A stretch of DNA of 63,782 bases, the filler included, from Folioceros fuciformis (lineage: Eukaryota), in assembly GCA_049999805.1 (NCBI GenBank). It is 13 parts of 13 records of this genome, joined end to end, with 100 filler letters (N's around TTAATTAATTAA, not from the genome) between each part and the next. Parts side by side here need not be neighbours in the genome. Positions count along the whole stretch, not along the records: positions 25,906 to 39,777 come from JBNGIO010003221.1; positions 39,878 to 44,779 come from JBNGIO010003222.1; positions 44,880 to 54,219 come from JBNGIO010003223.1; 10 more parts are not named here. The stretch is one strand, 5' to 3'. Each line of letters starts with the position of its first letter. Position 1 is the stretch's first letter. The notes under the pieces are model-generated. The model searched no databases, was not told the origin of the DNA, and saw only the letters and a program-made list of their open reading frames with translations. The position numbers and the translations under genes were made by a program. Below are positions 36,115 through 47,303 of this stretch, one piece after another.

Positions 36115-39100
36115 TTAGGGTGTCAATACCCATTTATATGGTCTTGCTTGAGAATCTCTTGACCGCAGCAGGTTTGGGCACCCTAACCCCAGACATGAGC
36201 CTAGACCAAGGCAGCTGGTTATTAGCTTTAAGGTCAAGGGACATTCTTTGAAGTCGTTCAGATTTTCGTACGACAGGTGTACTCTTTTTGCCCCCATCTC
36301 TTGTGAACCTATCAGGGTCTCCCACTGCTATTATTGGGATCTAAGTCCAATTTTTCTCCCACTGCTATTATTGGGATCTAAGTCCAATTTTTCTCCCACA
36401 ACACGTCCAAGGACCACCTCCAATCGAGAGTATGCGGCATAGCTGGACCACATGCCTGTTTTAGATGGATATCAGCAAAATAATGCTCACCCATCTGAAA
36501 GACCCCACTGAAGAACCCCACCTCCTTGCCTTCCTCGCTCGCAAGAACACCTCCGGATGACAATGTTGCAAAAATCCTTTCCCGCTCTGAATGAAGTTGT
36601 TGCACTGGAATGAGGATTGGAAGCAGCTCTCCCTTGTCTCCTAACTTAACCAAGTACGAGTAAGTGTCTTGTATCTTACTCGTCACCGTAAGGTGAACTA
36701 AGAAAGGTTTGCCTTTCCACTTAGTTACTTTTTCCGTCGTCCTACTTCCCTGCCCACTCATCACTCTAGGATTCTCCTGCCCAGACACGTAGCACCCTTG
36801 TTTCACCATCATAGCCTGATCCCAGCTCTTCTCCCATGAATGACTTGGAGAAAAACATCCTTCATCCCAAAAAAAAACAGCCTGAACCTCATGCCAGACA
36901 GGTTCACCCTCTTCATCATCGTCTGCACACAGAGTTGTGAACAGGTCGTCCTCAGAAGCATAAATTGCATTCTCACGCATGATGGGGCTTCCGCCATCAG
37001 ACAACTCCTTTGTCAGACTGACTGAACCGTTTTCTACCTCCCTAGCGCTCTTTCTCTCCTCAGTACTGCGGTTCCCACCCCCTACCAAGGGAGCCATCAT
37101 CTCACCATTAGAGCATGGCCATCCGCTGAACCACCCTATTCACGGCTTTCCTTGCTTTGGCCACAGTAATCTGGTCCTGCCGCTTACACCTTGCTAACGG
37201 ATCTTCCGAGGTCTTGGTCCTCTTCCCCGCAGCACCCTCCGCGTTTTTTTGTTTGGTTGGTATCCAACCAGACACTAGCTCCATTAGCTCGGTTGGGGAA
37301 GCTAGAACCGATCTTACGGCCGGATCCAGCTCTCCAGCGGAGCCAGTTCCCCGCTGTTGTTCCACTAATTGGGAGGCCAATGCCAAATCACTGACTAGTG
37401 TTGAGTCCAACACCGAAGAACCGAGACACCTTTGCCCTTGGAACTTCAAAGCCTTCCCCACGCCCTCATCAATTGCCTCTGCAAGAAACCTTGGCCCTGG
37501 CCCCCGGCTCAAGCCCGGCGGCGACACCGACTCTGAGTCATGCACCCATACTCCCTGAGAAGGTGCAGCCGTTGTTGCTCCAGTCTCGGTATCAGAATTT
37601 GCTAATTTCCTTGTGGGCACCCTTTCTTCCTCCACAATCCTGGAGACAGGGGACCCTTTTAACCCACTCCTGTGGGCGATCCCAAGGCTAGCCTGAATCT
37701 CCCAGCCCCTGAGGATTTGCTGGTGTCCATCCTCGGAAGGTTTATCAGCTACTTCACCCACCACCCTTACCAGCGTTCCAGACCCCGGCTCCATGCTGCA
37801 GACCGAAGGCGGCTGCGTCTCCCAGCCTTGAGACCTGGACTCCTGAGCAAAGGGACCCGACAGTGTTCCTATGCCGGTGACCTCCTCTTCTAAACCCCTT
37901 GGAATGCCCAATGCCCCACCTCGTTCTCGGTGTCTGGGGGGCGTTTGGCCTCTTCAATCTGTTGTCCACCTTTGCACAGCTCATCCTGCACATCAGAGAC
38001 TAGTCCCTGTCCACAAACCTCTTCGTCCACCTGGTCTCCCACCATGACAGCTCCTAGAATTGCCCCAGAAGCAGCCCTGGACAAGAGGGAAGCGCCATGC
38101 AGGCTCACCCTTGGGGATGCTCCGACATCGGTGTCAGCGACCGAGGCACTGCCTAGAAGCGCACAATTCTCCCCCTCAGACCTGGATGCATGGTTTGTCA
38201 GCATCCCTTCCGCTTCCTGCCCACCTGAGACCACCGCTACCTTAGAATCAGCATCCATCTCCTCGTTTGCTAGGTGCTTGGCGGTGGAGCTTCCTTTCGA
38301 ATCCATCACATCACCCTGAACAACCCCGACTTGGACCTCACTTGCGCTGGGAACTAGCTGCTCATCCTAGAGCCCCCATCCAGATAGGAAATTCTTTGCA
38401 CCAGACTCAATAAGCGAGGCCTCGTCACCCCCAGCTGAATTCGGCGGCAACAGCGACTCTGAGCCGTGCACCCATACCCCCTAAGAAGGCGTGCCTGCTG
38501 TTGTTCCAATTTCAGTGTCGGAATTTGCGCACCTCCTAGTGAACGCCCTTCCTTCCTTCACAAACCTGGAAACAGGGGATGCTTTTAATCCATTCCTATG
38601 AGCGACCCTAGGGCTAGCCTGAATCTCCCGGCCCCTGAGGATTTGCTGGCGTCCACCCTCTGAAATCTTTTCATCTGCTTCACTCACCACCCTTACCAGC
38701 GTTCCAGACCCTGGCTCCATGCTGGAAATTGGAGGAAGCTGCATCTCCTAGCCTTGAAGCCTAGGCTCCTGAGCAGAGGGACCCGACAATGCTCCTATGC
38801 CGGCGACCACCTCTGTCACAACGCCTTTGTAAGTCCAATTCCCCACCTCGTTCCTGGCACCTCGGGGACGTTTTGCCTCTCCAATTTCCCATCCACCTAT
38901 GCACAACTCATCCTACCCTTCAGAGATCGCTCCCTGTCCATAAACCTCTTCCTCCACCTGGTCTCCCGCCTTGGCAGCTCCTAGAATTGTCCCAGAAGCC
39001 GCCTTAGACAGGAAGGAATCGCCATGCAAGTTCACCCTTGGGGGTACTCTAGTGACGGCGCCAGTGACCGAGGCACCGCCTAAGAGCGCACCATTCTCCT

Positions 39101-39777
39101 CCTCAAAATTGGATGTGAGATCTTTGAGCATCCCGGCCGCTTCCTGCGCACTTGTGGCCAACACTTCCGTCGCATCAACATCCATCTCCTCATTCGTCAG
39201 GAGCTTTACGGTGGAGCTTCTTGTCGAATCTTCACCTTGAAAGGCCCCGACTTGGATCTCGTTGGCGCTGGGGACTAGCTGCTCATCCTGGAGCCCCCGT
39301 CCAAATCGGTGAATCCCTGCCCCAGGCTTTATAAGCAAGATCTCTTCTCCCCCAGCTGAAGCATCCAAACCAACGGCACCTTGGCCACTCTCGCAAAACT
39401 TGCCACAGGCTTCATGACAAACTCCAACCCGCTCCAACCCCGCCTCCAGGAATGGGGAGGAAGCGCCTTGCAAGAAAGCCCTTGAGGGATCCTTAGCAAC
39501 TTCGAGCTTTGATTGTGCACCAACTTCCCAGCCCGCACCCGTGATGTTCAACAGATAAGAATCGCGTGATTCTTCATCCATCTGAGCCATGAACACTACC
39601 AGGAATTGCTTTGTCTGGTCCTCCATGACCTGCCCAACTGTGTACAGCGCCTCCATCTCCTCATCTTTCTTCCCCTCATACGCCTTGAGGTTAAAGATTA
39701 GGATCGAGGAGGCAAGGAGATCGAGATCGGGCAAGGCGAGAGTGAAAGTAGAAGAGATATTTTTATTTCAGACCATG
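36115..39777 (-). mobile_element. Decayed LINE ORF1 / 5' region with a large internal tandem duplication
   Basis: Long low-complexity minus-strand ORF fragments ending just before the ORF2 ATG (36108). A ~926-bp unit is duplicated at about 37520-38440 and 38446-39360. Confidence 0.6.
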
Positions 39778-39877
39778 NNNNNNNNNNNNNNNNNNNNNNN
39801 NNNNNNNNNNNNNNNNNNNNNTTAATTAATTAANNNNNNNNNNNNNNNNNNNNNNNNNNNNNNNNNNNNNNNNNNNN

Positions 39878-39932
39878 CTATAATAACTAGCCGCAATTAT
39901 TAATTAGCACATATTATCCAACACTCCCACTT
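39878..39932 (-). mobile_element. PPT (AAGTGGGAG, 39932-39924) and start of copia 3' LTR (TGTTGG from 39923)
   Basis: Purine tract directly followed by TG, about 1 kb downstream of the RNase H stop. Confidence 0.75.
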
Positions 39933-40032
39933 GGTGATGATAATTTGGTGAAGTACACAACGGCTTGTACCCCTCGCTGCTGACTCCCAGTGAGGAACTC
40001 GAATAGAACACATACTCCATTACGTTCCAGCT

Positions 40033-40903
40033 GTGAGCATCGCCAGTGAAGATGCCACCGCCTGGTACAGACACCTGTATGAAAGCTCCCGAGCTGAGGT
40101 GCGCTGCTGCAATTTGTTTCTTGTTCTTGATCACCAGGTTCCTTTGCGAACTCATACAACGGGGGATTGGAAACCTGGACGGCCGCTGGGAACTACCAAG
40201 GAGTTTCTGGAGCGCAACAAACGCGGTGTGGTGCAGACTGTTTCCAACATGGCTGGTCCCTCTGCGCCTTAGCGACAGCCATCACCACCCCCTGCGCCTG
40301 TAGAAGACGAAGAGTTCGTGGTTTCGCCCTTTACCAGAGTGCTCAACTTGGATGTGGCATACTACAGTGACGGCTCCAAGAGCCGCATCCCGGTACGCCT
40401 GCCAAAGCCCAAGTGTCGTGGTGAAGAGACGAAGGTTGTGACCTATGGCACCCTGGAGTTCCCTTGCTCTCCGATCTGGTACAAAGCTTGGGTTGACTCA
40501 GAGGAACTGACGATGAAGAGGGTGAAAGTCCTCCGCTGCAGATGCTTTCCTGGGCATGTTGTTAGTCTGTACATTAAGATTACAAACCCCGTTCACTGCT
40601 TTTCACTACTACTGAAGTTGATGTCTTCAAGTTGCTTGTGGTTTTACTGACTGATCCCACTTGTTGTGGACAGAGTCCACTAGGCGTATCAGGGAGGAGT
40701 GGAAGATGTTGGAAGAAGCGAGAGCGACTGGTGATGAAGCCAAGTATAAAGAATTGTGCCGCCTGAAGCCTTGCAAAGACTGGGCGCCCGATGCCTCCTT
40801 CAAGACTAGAGATGAGTCTACCTTTGACACTGTTGAGGCTGGAACTGAGATAGTGTTAGATGTGATATCTGATTCTGATAACTCAGTCTCCTCGGGCTTT
40901 TAG
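40033..40903 (+). pseudogene. Antisense accessory ORF of unknown function inside the copia 3' internal region (disrupted)
   Basis: Lies between the pol stop (40915) and the PPT. Peptide blocks align with 62764-63706(-): GRPLGTTK, LNLDVAYY, PVxLPKP, ETKxVTxGTLxxPCSP, KRVKV..RCF.GHVVS, R..EEW. Confidence 0.7.
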
Positions 40904-40914
40904 AAGTAGATGGT

Positions 40915-43900
40915 TTACTCTGAATTGGATAGGAGTGCTTCTGCATCTCCTATGCCCAAACGTTGCATGTGCTTAAAGTGTAATTCTCTGCTTAAGGCTT
41001 TCGTCAATATGTCTGCTGGATTATCCTGCGTCGGGACATATTGTAAATCTATTTTGCCTTCATTCACGAGCCCCCGTATGTAGTGGTATTCTACCCCTAC
41101 ATGCTTTGTTCTCGAATGAAGAACTGGATTTCTTGCCAAGGCCATTGAGCCCTGATTGTCAGTATGTATAGTGATGCACGTTGGTATTTGAATACCTAGC
41201 TCCTTAAATAGCAACTGACACCAAACGATTTCCTTTGCAGCCACGGTCAGGACCCGATATTTTGCTTCCGTTGAAGACAGAGCAACTGTTGGTTGCTTTT
41301 TGCTTGACCAACACACTGGACCTGCTGCTATGGAAATCACATATCCTGAAACCGACTTTCTGCTGTCGATATCACCGGCATAGTCCAAGTCTGTAAAGAC
41401 TTCAAGGTCCAAGGGCTGTCCTTTTTGATGCTTATACGTAATCCCTAACTTAGATGTACCTTTCAGGTATTTGAATGCACGCTTAAGACTTGTCCAGTGC
41501 TCCACACCTGGATTTTCCAGAAACTGTGACAATACACTCGTAGTGTAAGCAATCTCTGGTCTTGTTGTATTACTGGCGTATATCAACTTGCCAACACCCT
41601 GTCTATAGGGTATGTTTTTCACTTGTGCCTTTTCGTCTCTAGTTACAGGTGACATGGTCTTGCTTAGTTTCTGACCAGTTGCCATGGGCGTTGATGCAGG
41701 CTTAGCATCCTTGAGGCCAAGCTGCTCAACACAATCCAAGAGGTAACGTGGTTAAGTCAGAGTCATGACCCGAGTCTTCCTGTTCCATTGGATGTGTATC
41801 CCTAGGCAACTCTGTAGGGGGCCTAAACAGGACATCTTGAATTTGGTGGCCAATACATCAGTTATACTTGTTATGAATGCCTGGCTGTTACTGGATAGTA
41901 TCAAATCGTCCACATAGACTGCTAGGTAGCATATAACCTCTCCTTTCAAGTATATGCACAAGCTGCTGTCAGCCTGGCTCTTTGTGAACCCAAGCTGTAG
42001 AAGTTCTGTGTCTAAAGCAGCATTCCATTTCATTGCTGATTGTTTTAACCCGTATATACACTTGATCAGTTTACATGCATAGTTTTCCTTTCCTTTCACT
42101 TCGTACCCTCGTGGTTGTTGCATGTATATCTCTGTATCAATCTTGCCATATAGGAATGCAGTTTTAACATCATACATCTGTATCTCATAATCATAGTATG
42201 TTGATATTGCAAGGAGGATACAAAGTGTGGAGAGCTTAACAACTGGTGAGAACGTTTCAAGATAATCCAAGCCAGGGATTTGAGAAAATCCCCTCGCCAC
42301 CAAACGAGCCTTGTACCGGTCAAAGGTACCATCCGCTTTGACTTTAAGTTTAAAGACCCACTTGCATGAAACCAGCTTTCTGTCAGGAGGTAACTCCACC
42401 AGTTCCCATGTTCCGTTTTCAATTAATGAGTCATATTCTGACTGAATAGCTTTCCGCCATCTTTGTGATCAGGTTGACGCAGTGCCTCTTCATATGACTG
42501 AGGCTCAATAGGATCAAGTGAACTTGCAGCGTTGACAAGCACATGAGAGGAAGATGGACGAAAGTCCAAAGCACGGTAGTAATCTGGAGGTTGACGCTGA
42601 CGGGATGGATACTGTGTACCGGGTTCTTCTGCAACTTGTGGTAGATCAGGTAAGTCAGCGTCTAGGGTAGGCTCAATGATATCAGCAACTTGTTCTTGAG
42701 GATGGTAGTCATGTGGATCCGAAGGATGATCTGGAACATCTGGCGGTACAGTTACTTCAATGGCATCATCAAGGCCAACAAGCTCAAAACCTGCAGGATC
42801 ACCTAAATCATCAACTGGATCTTCCCCCCCCACAGGGGCAACATCCTCAACGGGAAGAACTGGGGTGCTGTGATCAGTCTGGTCAAATTGCGAATCAGGG
42901 AAGGCGGATATGTCTGAATCATCAATGGAGGAATCCTTGGATGCTCCCACTGAAGACCAAGTGCGCCATTCAGCAAAGGTAATGCTTCGAGCATATACAA
43001 TCTTGTTTTTAGAGGCATCATAAAGCTTATATGCTTTAATGCCCTCTGTATACCCTAACATCAATAGTTTTTGAGATTTATTAAATAACTTTTTCCGTTT
43101 TTCCTTCGGGATAAAGGCATATGCGATACATCCAAAGATACGCAAGTGGAGTATAGAAGGCTTGCGCCCTGTGAACGCTTCATAAGGGGTAATAAGACCA
43201 ACTAACGAATTTGTAGGAAGTCTGTTTTTAAGGTAGGTAGAAGTCATAATAGCCTCTGCCCAGTATGGAAGAGGAAGCTGAGCATGATGAAGGAAAGATG
43301 ATGTCATCTCTTGCAGTGATAGGTTGTTTCGCTCAGCCACGCCATTTTGTTGAGGCGTGTAGATAACTGTAAGCTGGCGACCAATACCCTCAGCAGTACA
43401 GTAATCCCGAAACTCATCAGAGGTAAACTCTCCCCCATTATCTAATCTTAGGGTTTTTAATTGTTTGCCGGTCCATCGTTCCACATACTTGAGATACTCT
43501 TTAAAGTAGCTAAAGCATTCATCTTTGTGCTTTAGAATATAAGTTGTAACAAAATGTGTCTTATCATCTATAAATGTTAGGAAATACTTGCCACCACCAA
43601 TGGATGCTTGGGAGAGTGGGCCACACAAGTCAGTATGGACAAGTTCCAAGACATCTGAAGCTCTGTGTGGCTCTTTGTTCTTGAAGGCTGCTTGATGGCG
43701 CTTCGTAAGAGCACAAGACTCACATAGTGGAAGTGGCACAAGAGGACCTATCTGCCCATGCTGGTATAAATCACTTACAACTAGTTTTTGTAGCTTAACA
43801 GAGTGTGGATGACCTAGTCGTAAATGCCAAAGTTTTGACTTCTCTATCTGCTGTGCAGACACTTGAGAAGATCCTTCAGTCAAATGGGCATGTGGCTTAC

Positions 43901-44779
43901 GACTGTCTGTATGAAGACGAAACAAGTCTTTCTCTGAAGACCCAAAGGCAAGTATTTTCTAATGATTAAAGGCATTTAACACTTGACATTCTGTTTGAGT
44001 AAAAAGAATGTGACAGTGATTATCAGAATTCAACTTCCTTACGGAAATTAAGTTACGTGTCATGTTTGGTACGTAGTACACATCATGTAACACTAACACA
44101 TTTCCTGATGGTACTGACAGGTCTATGGTACCAATACCAGGAGATACAAAGGATCTATTATCCCCCAGGTATACATACTGATCCTTGACTGATCTGTACG
44201 TTTGAAATGCCTTTCTATCCAAGCATATGTGGGCAGTAGCCCCTGTGTCTAAATACCAGTCTATGGTATGTTGAACCTTTGTATGTGTTAACAAACAGGC
44301 AGGTGACAAGAACGAGCTTGTAGCAAAGACTGTTGTACCAACTGTGAGGGCAGAGGGGGTTGGTTGCTTCTTAATAACCACGTGAGTCTCAGCGCTGGTT
44401 GAACCCTCCTTGCGAGGAACACCAGCCTACTTTTTCCTGCACTCACGCTCCCAGTGACTAGGTAACTTCTTGCATTAGTTGCAATTTCCTGTCCTTTTGG
44501 GTTTTCTTTGACTGGCTCCACGTCCTTGTGAGCCACCTCCTCTTGAGGTACTGCCCCCACCCCTATTGTAGGGTCTTCCTCCTCCACGTCCTCAGTTAGA
44601 AGTGAAGAGGGCTTGCTGTTTACCAGTGCGTCTGCTTTGTGTTTTGTTGGCTTCCTCTTGCAATAAAGCTTCCACTAACTCTGCAAAGCTTGTTTCAGGT
44701 AGGGTTACACCTGAAGCCTTTGCAAGCTTTTCAGTCTGGAGCTTGGAGGCATTGAAGGATGTCACAAAGTGTGACCAAG
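40915..44779 (-). mobile_element. Ty1/copia gag-pol (gag C-terminus, PR, INT, RT, RNase H), lightly disrupted
   Basis: CKKLPSHWEREC knuckle, WYLDTGATAH, LWHLRLGHP, VHTDLCGP/DNGGEF/NGVAER, YVDD, RNase H SSTEAKY..DNQG..HSRTKH..ADILTK. Confidence 0.97.
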
Positions 44780-44879
44780 NNNNNNNNNNNNNNNNNNNNN
44801 NNNNNNNNNNNNNNNNNNNNNNNTTAATTAATTAANNNNNNNNNNNNNNNNNNNNNNNNNNNNNNNNNNNNNNNNNNNN

Positions 44880-46878
44880 GCTGCACAGAAGCAGGTCGGA
44901 GGCGCGTCCGGTGAGAGCCAGTCTGCTGGCCTGCTTCTCCGACGATTTCCGCCTGGCAGCGACCAAGTCCGACTCCGACCTCTCTTCCCCCTCTCCACCC
45001 AGGCATTCTCAGTATTCACTGGCGGAGGCTCAGGGGCCCAAGGATGTTGCTTCCAGGAAATCCGTGACCGGGACTGGCTCCGGCTCCGGTTCCGGCAACA
45101 GTCCACCCAGGCCTTCTGCGCACCGCAGGTCGCTCTCCTTCAGCTGCATGTCCAATGCGGGAGCCGCGGGGGACAGCCCCGACACCCACCACGGCCGGAT
45201 CCCGCATCTCCCGCTTCTTCACCATGTGGTGTCCCCTCCCCCTTCCCACGAACTCAAGTCTAATGCGTGGGAGCAGGGTAGCGCGTTGCAGGAGCTTCAC
45301 AACCAGGTAGTGAGGAAGGAAGTGTCCATGAGGAAGAGGAGCCCTGTGGACGCTTGCTTCAGACCTTCCAATGCCGATGATGACCATTTGGATGAGGATG
45401 CGATGCTAGTGCAGGATCATGTCAAAGAGAGCACCGATGTAGACAATTGTTGCGGCTTTAGGTTGAGCACGTCGTCGGGAGGCGGGGATGGGATAGCGGA
45501 GCCCAGTGCTGTGCTTTGGGAGAAGGGCTTCTCGTCGGCTACTACCAGTGAGGATCCGGAAACCAGTTTCTTCACATCTATCGAGGCCGACTCCGCATGT
45601 GTCACTCCTAGGAGCTCGAGGCCCGTGCCTGCGCCTGTGCCTGTACCTTTACCTGCTACCTTTACCGCCTTTCCGTCTGAGCGAGGGCAGGCCAAGTGTG
45701 CCAGGACGGAGGAGCCCTGGGAGGCATCCTTCATTCCCGAGGAGCGCGAGCTTTCTTGTCCCTCGTCGGACTCGGAGACGGACTCGGACATCGACATGCC
45801 AGCCGTGGAGTTCTCGGAGGCCATTAGTGCCTGGGATACTGACGACTCCACAGCTGATCGGAGCTCGGGGGAGGAGAGCCCCAGCCCCATCTCCAGCCCC
45901 GCTTCTTCTTGTCGCATGGAGCTGGCCGTGATGGTGGAACAGATGGACAAGGCTGACAGTCAGGATGCCGAGGATTACTCCACCCACGATTCTCTGGAGC
46001 TGGAGGAGCGAGGGCTCAGGATTAGGACACGCCAACCTCTGCAACGCGATGGCCGTGGGTTCCCAGAGGGCCAAGCCAGTCCTTGCGACTCCTCGGTCTC
46101 GTCCACAGGAGCAGTGTGCGAGGAGGTCCGTGCTCGGGAGCTGGAGCAGCAGATTATGTCAGTCAGCCCGCGCATCCGCATGTGGGAGCCGCTTTCTGTG
46201 GCAACCACCGATGGCTGCACCACAGAGGATGAAGAGGACATGGAAGTGAGTCCGGCGTACGGCTGGGAGGAAAGCTTGCTGGCCATGAGGAAGTGCAGTT
46301 TCTCGTCTGATGACGACTACTTCGTTCTCAACGACCTGGAGGCCCGCCAGGGACGTCATGTGGTGTCCCCGGACCAGAGTCCGGACAGGCTGGAAGTCCA
46401 TCACCTCAAAGCAAACAAGGCGAGAACCGGGAAAAGGGAAGGGAGCCTTGACAGGAGGAGGTCAAGTGCCAACAGACACACCAAGGCTGGTGTTCAAGCT
46501 AGACCACGGTTGGGATATTCAGCTATGAAGGAAAAGCAGACGCGCAGGGGAGTGAAGGAGTCTCACATGACGACCACGACAAGACACCAAGGCCCAAGGC
46601 CTTCCCCTTTATCGACTGCCGCCCAAATGCCACCTGACATTCTAGGGAAAGTGCGGGAAAGTGTGCCTGTAGTAACCCGCTCCTATGATCCCTACGGGGA
46701 CTTCCGGGACTCCATGCTGGAAATGATCGTGGAGAAGGAGATCCTGGATACACCGGACTTGGAGGAATTGCTACAGGCTTACCTTGCCCTCAACTCTGAA
46801 GAGTATCATGGACTGATCGTGGAGGTGTTCACAGATTTGTGGTACGAGATCTTCGAGTCTGAGGAATCAGGGTACTAG
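44880..46878 (+). CDS. OFP: OVATE family protein (transcriptional repressor); 5' end cut by spacer
   Basis: Open frame of more than 650 codons. C-terminal OVATE domain ESVPVVTRSYDPYGDFRDSMLEMIVEKEI...LEELLQAYLALNSEEYHGLIVEVFTDLW, preceded by a long Ser/acidic region. Confidence 0.9.
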
Positions 46879-47303
46879 GCTAACAACTATCGCTCACGCT
46901 AGGTTCTTCTGGGACTAACACTGATCGGATGAACTCTTTGTAGCTGTATCAGTATTGTAGCAAACAACTGAAGAGCTGTAGAAACATAACTCATCACCTG
47001 CCCTCTCGCCCGCCGCTGTGATGAGCTCTGTTTCTACACCTCACCAATTTTGTCTACAGTTTGAATGAATTGCGAACACTTCGGAAACAAATTGGTCTCC
47101 AGGGTTTGCTGCGTGAGACAGTTCCACACTTCTCCCCACCGCCAGGACAATCAAACCCAGTGAGGGAGGGTAGTCAAAGGGAAGGACGGCATTCATGGTA
47201 GTCTGGAGACCTGACGCGATTGCAACCAATTGATTCCTTTCTTACAAACCATGCCACTCGGCAGCCGAGGAGGCCCAGCAAGCAAGTCGTGCTCCTGTGA
47301 GCC

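Noticed and set aside
45016-46753. Many overlapping ORFs on both strands within the OVATE gene
   Set aside because: Shadow ORFs of GC-rich coding sequence
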